Shown here: piece after piece, positions 37,477 through 47,567 of the stretch
Numbering within the stretch: the stretch's first letter is position 1
Layout: the number at the start of each line of letters is the position of its first letter
Origin: Candidatus Latescibacterota bacterium
GTDB taxonomy: Bacteria > Latescibacterota > UBA2968 > UBA8231
Direction: 5' to 3'
Assembly: GCA_965261395.1 (NCBI GenBank)
Contig: OZ253462.1
Coordinates: 1,120,001 to 1,184,000, forward strand
DNA length: 64,000 bases
The notes under the pieces: model-generated
Told to the model about the DNA's origin: nothing
Database searches by the model: none
Seen by the model: only the letters and a program-made list of their open reading frames with translations
Position numbers and translations under genes: made by a program

Positions 37477-39382
37477 TCTCGACGAGTTGGTTGCTCTCTA
37501 TGGGTCCAGCGACGGTCTGCGCAGTGCCAGAGGGCCATTGCACTTGGATGCGCTCGACGGTGCTGACCGGCCCGAGTCCGAAGTAGAGCGGCAAGAGGCT
37601 TTGCGAGAGATAGCCGGACTTGCCGTCGTGTACCCGGGTGTAGGTCTGGGTACGGGTATGGACGCTGACCACCGCACCCAAACCATCGCGGTTGGAGAGG
37701 GTGCCTATCAGGCGGACCTTGAGGAAGTTGAGGTCCGCCTTTTGGTCGCTCAGATCGCTGATCAGCAGCAGCGGCGGTGCATTGAACTCGTTAGTGACAA
37801 TGTCTAAGTCCCCATCGTCGTCTAGATCGGCGAGGGCCGACGCGCGCGATCCTAATGCCCCCCAGAAGACGTGGGGGCCGCTGCGCCCCTCGCAGTCGGG
37901 ATGGGCTGCGTACTCTCCAGCGCAATCTAAGACAAACCACGGCATGGCCGTGCGTCCCTCGCGTCGCGGCTCGACCTCAAGAGCAAATTCAGCGTCGAGG
38001 AAGCCCTTGCCGCGGTCGTTGAGCAATAGGGAGTTGACCGCGTAGCGGAAGGCGTAGTTCATGCTAGCGGTGATAAAGACATCTTCGTACCCGTCGGCGT
38101 TGAGGTCGCCCGCGCTCAGCCCCCAAGGCCAGTAATTTTCCGCGCCGATGGAGTCGGAAATCTCGGCGTAAGTGCCGTCGGCTTGGCGGTGGTAAAAGGC
38201 GTTGCCGTAGATGCTGCGCCCGCCCGAGCGGAGAAAGCTCTCGGTCCACTGCATGCGCGACTTGAGCTTTTCGCGCTCCGGCCCAATGTCCTCGCTCATG
38301 TCCGAGTGCATGTCGGTGATGTAGAGGTCTTGGTGGCTGTCGTTGTCAAAGTCGAGGATCTGGGCCGACATGGCCCCCCACGGCGTGCGCGGGAAGACTG
38401 CTAGGCTCTTGTCGATAAAGTGCTGGCCTTGGTCGTTTTCGTAGTATTGGTCGTGCCCCTGCATGTTGAGCACGTACAGGTCGGGCCAGCCGTCCTCGTT
38501 GGCGTCTAGCGGCACCGCGTCGCCAGACCAACCATCGGCCTTGATCCCAACCTCCTCGGTCACATCGACAAAGCGGTTTTCGCCCACATTGCGGAAGAGC
38601 AGGCTCGGCTCGGTGCGCTCGGGCTTGAGGTGCCCGGCAAAGGCGTCCTTGAAGCCGACATAGTAGTGGTACTGCTCGGGTTGCTCCTCGGGCGCAAAGC
38701 CAATAACCGCGACCGGATCGCCGCGCTCGGTGTACTGCCCAACATTGGTCAGAAAGAGGTCGAGCTGTCCGTCGCGGTCGTAGTCGAAGAAAAGGGCCGC
38801 CGAAGAGTGCCCTTGGTGATTGAGGCCAGACTCTTGGGAAATATCCGCAAAGCGCCCGTCGCCTTGGTTGCGAAAGAGAACATTGCCCATGCGCACGTTG
38901 GTGACGTATAGGTCGGGTGCCCCGTCGTTGTCTAGGTCGGCGAAGGAAGCGGTCACGCCGATGCGGCCGGCGAGCGCCACGCCGCCCCGCTCGGTGATGT
39001 CGGCGAATTGGCCGTCGCCCATGTTGCGCCACAGTCCGTTCGGCCCGGCTTGGTTGACGAAGTAGAGGTCCGTGCGCCCGTCGCCATCGACATCCGCCAA
39101 GGCAATCCCATTGCCGTGGTCGTAGTGATTGGGCCGGTAGTGCCGCCCCGAGTCATCGACGATGCGGTGGTGGAAGGCAATGCCGCTGGCGGGCTGGCGG
39201 TCGGTGAAGCTGAAATCACAGAAGACTCCATAGCCTGCGGCCGCGGCCACTTGGGCTTGGCGGCGGCTCTCCAGCCAAGGGGGATCTAGCACTTCCGGGG
39301 GGACGCCGACAGCAACGGACGAATCGGCTGCTCCGACTCGGATCGCCGCGGACAAAGACAAGAAAATTAGAGTTAAAGACAT
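37463..39382 (-). CDS. CRTAC1 family protein (FG-GAP repeats + ASPIC/UnbV)
   Basis: Signal peptide; many DxDxDG.DL repeats; C-terminal GAVV...SGYLSQS..LYFGLG...VQWPSG. Confidence 0.9.
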   Translation of the reverse strand: MSLTLIFLSLSAAIRVGAADSSVAVGVPPEVLDPPWLESRRQAQVAAAAGYGVFCDFSFTDRQPASGIAFHHRIVDDSGRHYRPNHYDHGNGIALADVDGDGRTDLYFVNQAGPNGLWRNMGDGQFADITERGGVALAGRIGVTASFADLDNDGAPDLYVTNVRMGNVLFRNQGDGRFADISQESGLNHQGHSSAALFFDYDRDGQLDLFLTNVGQYTERGDPVAVIGFAPEEQPEQYHYYVGFKDAFAGHLKPERTEPSLLFRNVGENRFVDVTEEVGIKADGWSGDAVPLDANEDGWPDLYVLNMQGHDQYYENDQGQHFIDKSLAVFPRTPWGAMSAQILDFDNDSHQDLYITDMHSDMSEDIGPEREKLKSRMQWTESFLRSGGRSIYGNAFYHRQADGTYAEISDSIGAENYWPWGLSAGDLNADGYEDVFITASMNYAFRYAVNSLLLNDRGKGFLDAEFALEVEPRREGRTAMPWFVLDCAGEYAAHPDCEGRSGPHVFWGALGSRASALADLDDDGDLDIVTNEFNAPPLLLISDLSDQKADLNFLKVRLIGTLSNRDGLGAVVSVHTRTQTYTRVHDGKSGYLSQSLLPLYFGLGPVSTVERIQVQWPSGTAQTVAGPIESNQLVEIREP

Positions 39383-39385
39383 GTT

Positions 39386-41272
39386 CTACCTACTAACTGT
39401 AAGCTCGATGACTCCGCCGATTTCCACCGCGAGGTCTAGGATGACGGCACGGTCTTTCACCGGCAATTTGAGGGCCGCGGATTTTTCCAAGCTCCGGTCG
39501 TAAACCTGGGCTTGGAGGCGTTCGCCTTCGACGCCTTCTAAACGAGTATAGAGGCGCTCTTGGGCACCGCCGTTGAGGATCCACATTCGGCGGATATTCT
39601 CCGATGGCACTGCGAGTACGCCGGGGAAGGTGGGGGTGAAGACACCCCAGAGTGCTTCGTCGCCGAGGTGTAGGGAAAAGAGCGAGTGGTGAGGATCGGC
39701 GCTGAGGAGCTGCTGGCGGCCGAAGAGCAACAAGTCGCGGTGCTGGCGATAAAAGGCGAGCCAAGCGCGGGTGATGCGCTGGTGCTCGGTGGGCAAAGCG
39801 CGCAAATCCATCGAGAGCATGGGCACGGCACTTGTGACGAGGCTGGCCATAAAGCGGGCGACGTTTGCGGGGCTTTCCTCGGGTAGCCAATAGGCCGGGT
39901 CCGTGTGTACGGCCACGTTGCCCTCACGGCCAGCTTCCGGGTTGAGAATATAGCTTTTGAGCCGAGTACACATGCGGCGGATGTGATCGGGGTCGAAGGG
40001 TGCGTCTTGGGCGCGGTGGCTGGTGGCAAAGGGACGAGTGACGAGGGTCGAGTAGTTCATGCGGTATTCGAGCAGGGCGTCGGCGCGCACTTGTGTGGCG
40101 GCCCGGTAGATGCCTTGGAGCAGGTCGTGGACGGCCTCGCCGTAGTCGGCGATATCGTGCTCGTGGTCGGTGGTGCAGGGCAAGCTGGCGCGGTCTTGCA
40201 GTGGGTCGATGAAGTCGATCTTGAGGCCGTTGCAGCCGTAGGTCTGCATCAGGTGTTTGACCGTGCGCCAGGCGTATTGGCGCACCGCAGGGCAGCGGGG
40301 ACAGAGGAAGTTGTTCGCTTCGTCGGAGTCTGCGGCGCGGAAGCGGTGCTTTTGTATGAAGGGGACGTCGGCCAGATCGCTGATATTGAACAGCGGCGCG
40401 CACCACAGCAGGATGGTCAAGCCCTGGGACTGAACCTCTTCGACGAGGCCCTTGAGGTCGGGGAATTTGCTTGCGTCGGGAATGTAGTGGCCGGTGTCGG
40501 GGTCGAAGCCGTCGCCTTTGAACCAGCCCGCATCGACGATGATATTGCCGATGCCCCATCCTTTGAGCAGGGGCACCATAGAGCGGATGTAGTCGGCATC
40601 GACATCGTTTTTGATGCCGTACCAGGAGCACCAGACCGGTTCCCACACCGAGGGCGGCGCTGGCGGCAGGGCGACCTGGTGCAGCTCGTCGTAGGCGCGC
40701 GAGAAGGCGCGTACCTCGTCGAAGACGGGGCGGTCCTCGCAGGACAAGTAGAGCGTCTCTTCCCAGACGCTCGTCTCGCGGGGAGCGGGATCGAAGAGGC
40801 GCTGCAAGGACATGTTGGCGTCTTCGTCGTAGCAGCTATGACGGGTCTCCGCCGCATGGACGTGGTCCATAAAGCCCATGCAGAAGCGGTTCTGGTCAAA
40901 GCGGTTTAGCGCGGCGACGAAGGGGAAAGACCAAGAGGTGAAGGTGCGCTCCTCGACGCCCCAGGGCAGGCTGATCAGATCGCGCTTGCCGATGGCCTCG
41001 TGTAGCACGGGCACGAAGACGCGGTGCAGGTCTAGGCCGGGTACTGCGGCTTCCACTTTGAACGCGGTGACCTTGAATGGGCTGCCATCCACCCGGCGCA
41101 ATTGCCATGTCAGCAGCAGACTTTTGGGGCCGAGCGGCGTTTCAATGCAGGAGTACTCGTAGCGGTCATCCGCATAGGTGCCGGGGGCGTCGATTGGCCG
41201 GTCATCCAACGCCGGGTCCGCCGCGAGGGAGACGGCCAAGGGGATGCCGTTGAAGCGGATAGCGTAGCGCAT
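39386..41272 (-). CDS. Glycoside hydrolase family 36 (alpha-galactosidase-like)
   Basis: WCSWY, DAGW, SKFPDL, LW.AP, nucleophile motif KIDF and RAQD. Confidence 0.8.
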   Translation of the reverse strand: MRYAIRFNGIPLAVSLAADPALDDRPIDAPGTYADDRYEYSCIETPLGPKSLLLTWQLRRVDGSPFKVTAFKVEAAVPGLDLHRVFVPVLHEAIGKRDLISLPWGVEERTFTSWSFPFVAALNRFDQNRFCMGFMDHVHAAETRHSCYDEDANMSLQRLFDPAPRETSVWEETLYLSCEDRPVFDEVRAFSRAYDELHQVALPPAPPSVWEPVWCSWYGIKNDVDADYIRSMVPLLKGWGIGNIIVDAGWFKGDGFDPDTGHYIPDASKFPDLKGLVEEVQSQGLTILLWCAPLFNISDLADVPFIQKHRFRAADSDEANNFLCPRCPAVRQYAWRTVKHLMQTYGCNGLKIDFIDPLQDRASLPCTTDHEHDIADYGEAVHDLLQGIYRAATQVRADALLEYRMNYSTLVTRPFATSHRAQDAPFDPDHIRRMCTRLKSYILNPEAGREGNVAVHTDPAYWLPEESPANVARFMASLVTSAVPMLSMDLRALPTEHQRITRAWLAFYRQHRDLLLFGRQQLLSADPHHSLFSLHLGDEALWGVFTPTFPGVLAVPSENIRRMWILNGGAQERLYTRLEGVEGERLQAQVYDRSLEKSAALKLPVKDRAVILDLAVEIGGVIELTVSR

Positions 41273-41276
41273 GCCT

Positions 41277-43484
41277 TCAGGGCGTCAGTTCGTGGTAGCG
41301 GTTGATTTGCGGGGTAGATAGAGTGGTGACCTTGCCACCGGGCCACTGCACTTCGACGGCTTCGACCTGCTCGCCGCGGCCCAAGCCGAAATGGCGGGTG
41401 GGCGAGCGCTGGGCGTCGAAGGACTCTCCAGTATAGACCCACTGCGTTTTGGTGCCTTGAGGCGAGCGCAGGATGATGCGCGCGCCGATGGGAGAGATGC
41501 CGGCCGCGCCCTGGAGGCGCACGCCGAGCCAGTTGTTGTCGCCGGGCCAGACATTGCGCAAGACGTGGACCCGCTCGCGGCGCGGAGTGCCGGACCACTC
41601 GCTGACCAATAGGTCCACGCGGCCGTCGGCGTCGATGTCCATGTCGAGCACGGTGCGCGCATCGAATTCAAAAGCCACGCCCATCAGATAGCCGATCTCG
41701 ACAAAGGAACGGCCCCCTCCGCTCAGGTAGAGCTTGTTGTGTTCGAAGCCGTTCCACGAAATACCCGAGCTGTTCCAGTCCGCAATCATCTCGTCAAAAA
41801 AACCAGCTAGTTGCGGGTCGGGCGCGGAGTCTCCGGTGTAGATGTCGTGGGTCCAGAACACAGTGCAGTAGTCTTGGGCGGTCTCGCCGCTGAGGTGGCC
41901 GTTGGCCACGTAGATTTCGTCGTCGCCGTCGTTGTCGAAGTCCGCGGAGGCCACGCCCCAAGACCACCCGGTGCGCGCCACTTGCTCCGTTCCTGGGGCG
42001 ATGCTAAACCGGGCGTCCTCACGTCCGAGGTAAAGCCGATTGCCAAAGCCCATGGCCCGGCGCTGCTGGTGGTGCTCGGGGTACTCCTCGCGCCCGAGGC
42101 CGAGGTAGTCGAGGCGGCGCGCCGTGGTCGAACTCATGCCCACTACGTACATGTCGAGGCGGCCGTCGGCATTGTAGTCGCCAAAGACGTGGGACATGCC
42201 AAAGGTCGAGGTCTCGCTGACGGTGCGGGAGGTGACATCGGCAAAGGTGCCGGTGCCGTCATTGTAGTACAGGTCGATGCCGGCGAAGTCGCTGACGACC
42301 AGCAGGTCGAGGTCGTCGTCGCCATCGAGATCGGCCAAGGATCCGCTATACGTGCGCCGCTTGCGCTTGGTTTCGAGGCCCGCACGGGCCGTGATGTCGG
42401 TGAAGCGGGCGCGCCCGTCGTTGCTCAGCAGGTACGCGGGATAGCCGTCGTTGGCGTCGTAGTACGGCGTGGGCATCTGCCCCCCGCGGTAGGGCAACCG
42501 GTACTGGCCAACCCACAGGTCGAGGTCGCCGTCGCCGTCTATGTCGCCCGCGCTCATGGCTTCGGGGTATTGCAGGGGACGAGTCGCAATGGCCAAGCCG
42601 GGTTGGTCGAAGCTCTTGCCGCCCTCGTAGAGACCCAGCAACTGACCGGGGCCGCCGACGATTAGGTCGGGCGCGCCATCGCCGGTAAAATCGGCCAAGA
42701 GTGCCACTTCGATGCGACCGCCCGGAGGTGGATACGCCAAAAGCGGCTCAGGCGCAAAGCGTCCGCCCTGGTTGCGGTAGAGCAAGTTGGCACCCAGCGC
42801 GAGCAAGTCGTCGAGACCATCGCCGTCGAGGTCGGCGGCGATGAGGGGCGAGAGCGCGGTGTCGTCCGCCAAGACGGCTGAAGAGGTAAAAGCGGGTGCG
42901 CCTCGGCGTTCGGTCAGCGTCAGCTTCGAGGCGTCGATGGTGGCGGGGATATAGTGCCCGGCCTCGTCTTGCTGCTCGCTCCAGGTGACGGACAGGTCGC
43001 CGCTGACGATTAGACGCCTAGCGCGGTTTTTGACGTGCAGTTTCAGATCTATTAAAGAGCGGGCTGGCCCGTCCTCTGCCGGGGTGAACTGCTTGTGGTG
43101 CCATTCGGATTGTTCGAGAACGAGGCCCTCATCTTCCCATTGTTCGAGTAGGGCCGACCACTGCCCTTGGTCGAGTGTGCGCGGCGGGCCGCCATAGTGC
43201 GTTTCGACGATGTCCCAGTCGTGCCCAACGCTATCCTGCCGGGTGCCGAGCAGCAGTTGGTCAAAGGGGAAGGCGGCCAGCACCGGCCGCGCCTCTTGGG
43301 CAGTGCGCAGTCGATCCCATAAGGCGACGAAGACGGCCTCGTACTGCTGGGCGCGACGCTCGTCGGACCAGACCGTGCGGTCCAGTTCGAGCCGTTGTTG
43401 GCGGATAGCAGCGGCACCCTGTGCCTCGGTGTGGTGCGGTGCCGCCAGAGAAAAGACGGCGAGTGTCGAGAGCAGTTTCAGCAT
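41277..43484 (-). CDS. CRTAC1 family protein (FG-GAP repeats + ASPIC/UnbV) with N-terminal extension
   Basis: Signal peptide; DLDGDG repeats; GWSWG; ANGH; C-terminal GARI...Q....HFGLG...QWPGG. Confidence 0.88.
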   Translation of the reverse strand: MLKLLSTLAVFSLAAPHHTEAQGAAAIRQQRLELDRTVWSDERRAQQYEAVFVALWDRLRTAQEARPVLAAFPFDQLLLGTRQDSVGHDWDIVETHYGGPPRTLDQGQWSALLEQWEDEGLVLEQSEWHHKQFTPAEDGPARSLIDLKLHVKNRARRLIVSGDLSVTWSEQQDEAGHYIPATIDASKLTLTERRGAPAFTSSAVLADDTALSPLIAADLDGDGLDDLLALGANLLYRNQGGRFAPEPLLAYPPPGGRIEVALLADFTGDGAPDLIVGGPGQLLGLYEGGKSFDQPGLAIATRPLQYPEAMSAGDIDGDGDLDLWVGQYRLPYRGGQMPTPYYDANDGYPAYLLSNDGRARFTDITARAGLETKRKRRTYSGSLADLDGDDDLDLLVVSDFAGIDLYYNDGTGTFADVTSRTVSETSTFGMSHVFGDYNADGRLDMYVVGMSSTTARRLDYLGLGREEYPEHHQQRRAMGFGNRLYLGREDARFSIAPGTEQVARTGWSWGVASADFDNDGDDEIYVANGHLSGETAQDYCTVFWTHDIYTGDSAPDPQLAGFFDEMIADWNSSGISWNGFEHNKLYLSGGGRSFVEIGYLMGVAFEFDARTVLDMDIDADGRVDLLVSEWSGTPRRERVHVLRNVWPGDNNWLGVRLQGAAGISPIGARIILRSPQGTKTQWVYTGESFDAQRSPTRHFGLGRGEQVEAVEVQWPGGKVTTLSTPQINRYHELTP

Positions 43485-43607
43485 AATGTGGAACGATCAT
43501 GGAGGATATGGTGAAGAAAGGCCGACACCGGATAGGCAGACAGTATAGGCATCGCCGGTTTTTTTTCAAAGCGAGCGCTTGTCGCCCGAGTCCAAGCGGC
43601 GATGGTG

Positions 43608-44783
43608 CTATTCCTTGGACGGTCGGTAGCCCGCTCCGGCGTAAGTAGGAGCTTGGGGCCGGTAGTGCTCGTCGAATTGTGGATCCGGTGCTTGGAGCAC
43701 ATTGCGCTCCGGGTCCAAGGTGCCGCTCAGGTCGTCGATCTGGCCGCGGATGAAGCAGCCGCTAAAGCGGCGGCTGTCGAGTAAATCAACTTCGTAGCGG
43801 CTGCCGGGGGCGATGCCACCTTCGCGTACGTTCATCCAGAAAATAGTATTGCTGTACGCGCTGCCGCGACCCTTGTCGTCAACGCCATTCCAGTTGTCCG
43901 TGAAGGTGCAGTTGCGCACTTCGACGCGTGCCCCGGGAAAGACTGTCAACGCACCAGAGCCGTGCGCCTTGTTGTATTCGCCGCCGCCGCGACGACCCAC
44001 GTAGTCGGGGCCGGTATTGGCGACATTGCCGACGAAGAGGCAGTTGTCGAGCACGGCCGCGCTACCGGGAAGCACATCGACGGCTGCGCCGGTGATTTGG
44101 CAGCTATTGTTGCGGAAGACGGAGTTTTTGATCAGCACGGCCTCGGCGTCGAATCCCCGATGCTCAATGGAGATGCCGCCGCCGCAGGGGCTGGCGTAGT
44201 TGTCGTGGATTGCTAGCCCTTCGAGGGTTGGATAAGAACGGCCAAATACCTTGATGCCGCCGCCGTCGGCGTAAAAGAACAACCCCTTTTCCCAGCGCAC
44301 GCCGTTGGAGGAGTCCGGCTGAATTGGTTCAGGGCCTTCGCTGCGGCTGGCAAAGTTGTTGGCACCGGTGATGGTGAAACCGCGCAAGATGGTGCTCCGG
44401 GAGATGCCATCGCCAAAAAAGACCACGTGGTTGACGATGGCCGGGTAACTCGCCGCGTCGGGATCGGCTCGCTCGGCATGGGCGGCTGTCAGCACCACGC
44501 GCCCCACTGCTTCGAGCGCGATGCCATCGTGGCGGGCCGCGAAGAAGAGCATCGCTTGGCCGGCCTGCTGCGGCCGATAGGTCCCCGCATGAACCTTGAC
44601 GGTCTTGTGGATTGGGTCGCGGGCTGCCGCTTCGAGGGCCGCTTGGATGTCGTCTCCCGGATAGACGTGGTACGCGGCGTCTGCTTGGGGTTGTGGGGGC
44701 GGAGGATCGCAGCCTACATAGATAAAGAAAAACGCGAAAAAACGAGCTGCCGCCCGGCCGAAAAATGCCAAATTGCGAGACAC
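43608..44783 (-). CDS. Right-handed parallel beta-helix (pectin-lyase-like) lipoprotein
   Basis: PGDDIQAAL, HAGTY, GFTITG, GGGI repeats, NCLF and NCTF; lipobox-like YVGC. The start is uncertain: GTG 44783 chosen, the ORF track uses 44849. Confidence 0.75.
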   Translation of the reverse strand: MSRNLAFFGRAAARFFAFFFIYVGCDPPPPQPQADAAYHVYPGDDIQAALEAAARDPIHKTVKVHAGTYRPQQAGQAMLFFAARHDGIALEAVGRVVLTAAHAERADPDAASYPAIVNHVVFFGDGISRSTILRGFTITGANNFASRSEGPEPIQPDSSNGVRWEKGLFFYADGGGIKVFGRSYPTLEGLAIHDNYASPCGGGISIEHRGFDAEAVLIKNSVFRNNSCQITGAAVDVLPGSAAVLDNCLFVGNVANTGPDYVGRRGGGEYNKAHGSGALTVFPGARVEVRNCTFTDNWNGVDDKGRGSAYSNTIFWMNVREGGIAPGSRYEVDLLDSRRFSGCFIRGQIDDLSGTLDPERNVLQAPDPQFDEHYRPQAPTYAGAGYRPSKE

Positions 44784-44791
44784 TTTCTTTC

Positions 44792-44820
44792 TTGACTTAA
44801 GTTTTAGATGCATATATAAT
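44792..44820 (+). promoter_or_regulatory. Sigma70-type promoter for the TPR gene / envelope cluster
   Basis: TTGACT-N17-TATAAT, 80 bp upstream of ATG 44901. Confidence 0.7.
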
Positions 44821-44900
44821 ATCCGAATCTTAAATAATATATAAGACAAGCACTTGCAACGTTTTTAGCTACCACTCTGGTTCCGGAGAGAATCTACGAC

Positions 44901-46424
44901 ATGTCCTATTCGCCCGTGGATCGCATCGCCTTCCTCGCCCTCCTCTCAATCGGGGGATGCGGCGAAGTGCGGCAGGAGTCGCCAACGGGCGATCCACTGC
45001 TCGTGGTGGGGAGGGCCTATTTGGATCAGGGCCAGTACGACCAAGCGGTGGCCGTGTACCAAGAGGCCGTCCGCCGCGATTCGCTGTCCCGTGACGCGCA
45101 CTTTTACTTAGGCTTGGCGCATTTGCAGCGCAAGAGCACGGCTGCGGCCGCGCACTTTGCACGGGCCATTGCGCTGGATTCGACGTATATTCCCTCCTAC
45201 CACAATTTGGCCATCGCCCACCTCGAAGCAGGCCGCTATCCGCAGGCCGTAGAGGCGGCGGAAGTCGCGCTGCGCTTCGATCCCCAATCGCCTAGCTCCT
45301 ATCGCTTGTTGGCCTTCTTGCACAAGGAGCAGGGGCAATACGAGCGCGCCGAAGAGGCCCTGCTTAAGGCGCTTTACATCGCTCCAAAAGACGTGGAAGC
45401 GCGGCAGGCCCTGGCTTTGCTCTACAGCCAGCAGGGCCGCAGTGAGCGCGCGGAAGAGGTTTTAGTGGAAGCAGTCGAGTTGGCACCAAAGCGCAAAGAA
45501 ATCTGGCGGGACATGGGACGGCTCTACTTGAACGAGAAGCGGTACGACGAAGCAGCGCAGGCGCTCAACCGGGCCGTAGCGCTCGACGCCAACTACGGCG
45601 AGGCGTACCACGACTTGGCGAATTTGTACTCGGCCCAAGGCCGCTACGACGAAGCCGAAGCCATGCTCGCACGCTTAGAGGGGTTGCTCGACTTGGCGGA
45701 TCGGGAGGAGACCTTGGAAAAGGTGCTGGAGAAGGACCCCGACAATGTGGAGGCGCGGTTGGCGCTGGGCCGAGCGCAGACGCGCTTGGGGCGCTACGCA
45801 GACGCGCTAAGTACGTACAAGGAAGTGCTCAGCCGCGCGCCCGAGCACGTTGAGGCGCTGGCCGCGGTAGTCCAGCTCCACCTGCGGCAGGGCGATGTCG
45901 AGCGCGCCGCGCACTTGGCTGGCAAAATCGCGGCGCACGAGCCTCGGGGCCGGCGCGCGCCCGAAGCGCATTTTACCATGGGCTTTGCCCACGCGCAAAA
46001 GCAGCGTTGGGCCGAGGCCGAGGCCGCGTTTTTCCGCGCCTTGGATATCGACGCCTGCTACGCCAAGGCGCACAATGCCTTGGGCAATGTCTATGCCCTG
46101 CAGGGCGCCTTGGGAAAAGCCATCAGCGCCTATCGGGCCGCCCTCTCCTGCGATGCTGAGTTGCGCGATGCGTACTACGGATTGGGCATGGCCTTGGCCC
46201 GGCGCGAGTCCTTGACGGAGGCCATCGCCCAGTTCGAGGAGGTCGTGCGGCGCGATTCCACTCATGCGCGCTCCCACTACGCGCTGGGCCAAGCCTACGA
46301 GCAACAGGGTGAAGCCGCGGCAGCGCGACTCGCCTACGGGGCCTTTGTCCGGCACTGGCGCGGCGACGAGAAGGTGCTGGCGGCGGCTCAGAGCCGCATT
46401 GAGCATTTGCGAACACTTCAGTAG
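44901..46424 (+). CDS. Tetratricopeptide-repeat lipoprotein
   Basis: Lipobox-like SIGGC; about 12 TPR units (A.Y.LG..Y..QG.Y..A...Y..AL..DP). Confidence 0.9.
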   Translation: MSYSPVDRIAFLALLSIGGCGEVRQESPTGDPLLVVGRAYLDQGQYDQAVAVYQEAVRRDSLSRDAHFYLGLAHLQRKSTAAAAHFARAIALDSTYIPSYHNLAIAHLEAGRYPQAVEAAEVALRFDPQSPSSYRLLAFLHKEQGQYERAEEALLKALYIAPKDVEARQALALLYSQQGRSERAEEVLVEAVELAPKRKEIWRDMGRLYLNEKRYDEAAQALNRAVALDANYGEAYHDLANLYSAQGRYDEAEAMLARLEGLLDLADREETLEKVLEKDPDNVEARLALGRAQTRLGRYADALSTYKEVLSRAPEHVEALAAVVQLHLRQGDVERAAHLAGKIAAHEPRGRRAPEAHFTMGFAHAQKQRWAEAEAAFFRALDIDACYAKAHNALGNVYALQGALGKAISAYRAALSCDAELRDAYYGLGMALARRESLTEAIAQFEEVVRRDSTHARSHYALGQAYEQQGEAAAARLAYGAFVRHWRGDEKVLAAAQSRIEHLRTLQ

Positions 46425-46547
46425 ATTACAACCTCACAAGAGAAAGGAGGTCGTTACCAAAGTAAGTGCAGTGCAACGAAAGCATTTTAATTATAATACT
46501 ATGCCCCATTGTGGCGGGCGTTTTAACTAAAACCAAGGAGGATGATT

Positions 46548-47492
46548 TTGAAAAAAATCACTGTTTTGCTCGCACTGGCTCTGTGCGTGGGCGTCGTCGC
46601 TCCGGCTACGGCGCACGTGCCCGAGGGCGCGGTGCGCACAGCTTTCCAGTGGCCGGCGGGCCTTGAGCCAACGCTGGACGGCGATCTGTCCGAATGGTCG
46701 ATCGTGCCCGATGACTACTCGATTGCCTTTGCCGAGCACACCGAGTTCAACGGCGAAAGGCCGGCCGATTTCGGCGACTTGAACTTCCGCACCATCGTTG
46801 GCTGGAGCGAGTCCACCAATAGCATCTACTTGATGATGGAGCGCTTTGACGACTTCTACGATCGCGACGCCCAAGGCGGCGTGGCCGGCGGCGACGATAG
46901 CTGGGAAATGCACGTCGATGGCGACCACAGCGGCGATCAGATGCGCTTCGGCACCGCCGACATAGAGAACGAGGAAGAGCGCGCCTTGGCCCAAGGCCGC
47001 TGGTCGCAGTCCTATCACACCCGCTTCCCGAACCTCGGCCCCGATGGCCAGGAAAGCTGGTCGTGGTTTTGGATGACCCAAGCGCAGTGGCACGACGAAC
47101 TGCCCTACGCCGACCACGGCTTCCGCTTGGACGGCCAAATCGGCGGCGGCGAGGCCACGGCCTTTATCGAGGTGCGGCGCCAATCCTGGGATGACTTTCT
47201 CTTCAACGACCCGGACGGCAGCGTCATCCACGACTACAACGAGGGCGAGATCACCGGCTTGGGCTGGGCGGTCTTCGACAGCGATGTAGCCGGTGCCGAC
47301 GGCGGCGTTGGCCAGGATGCCGAGCACTCCGGTCAGTGGTCTCTTTCGGGCGCCACCGATGTGTGGAAAACCACGGCTTCGGCCACGGATTTCCTGCTGG
47401 CACCCGTTGATCCGCGCGTCGATTTCAGCGCGATTGAGAGCGCGGTCGAGGAGAATAGCTGGGGTCGCATCAAGTCCGCTTTCGTCCAGTAA
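46548..47492 (+). CDS. Secreted CBM9/DOMON-like acidic protein with C-terminal SWGRIK motif
   Basis: AGGAGG RBS with TTG 46548; signal peptide; PTLDGDLSEW, DSWEMHVDGD and G.AVFDSD; tail SAVEENSWGRIKSAF. Confidence 0.72.
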   Translation: MKKITVLLALALCVGVVAPATAHVPEGAVRTAFQWPAGLEPTLDGDLSEWSIVPDDYSIAFAEHTEFNGERPADFGDLNFRTIVGWSESTNSIYLMMERFDDFYDRDAQGGVAGGDDSWEMHVDGDHSGDQMRFGTADIENEEERALAQGRWSQSYHTRFPNLGPDGQESWSWFWMTQAQWHDELPYADHGFRLDGQIGGGEATAFIEVRRQSWDDFLFNDPDGSVIHDYNEGEITGLGWAVFDSDVAGADGGVGQDAEHSGQWSLSGATDVWKTTASATDFLLAPVDPRVDFSAIESAVEENSWGRIKSAFVQ

Positions 47493-47512
47493 GCGGGCAG
47501 TATTTAGGATGC

Positions 47513-47555
47513 AAGAACGAGGGGGGATGGGCTAGTTCCATCCCCTCTTCTTCTT
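47513..47555 (+). terminator. Stem-loop (partial terminator or mRNA-stabilising hairpin) after the CBM9-like gene
   Basis: AAGAACGAGGGGGGATGG-GCTAGTT-CCATCCCCTCTTCTTCTT, directly before the GGAGG RBS of the next gene. Confidence 0.55.
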
Positions 47556-47567
47556 GGAGGTGCCATT

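Noticed and set aside
37463-46424. Repetitive motifs that might suggest a CRISPR array or DNA repeat
   Set aside because: They are protein-level FG-GAP and TPR repeats with divergent DNA; no constant repeat-spacer pattern or cas gene is present.
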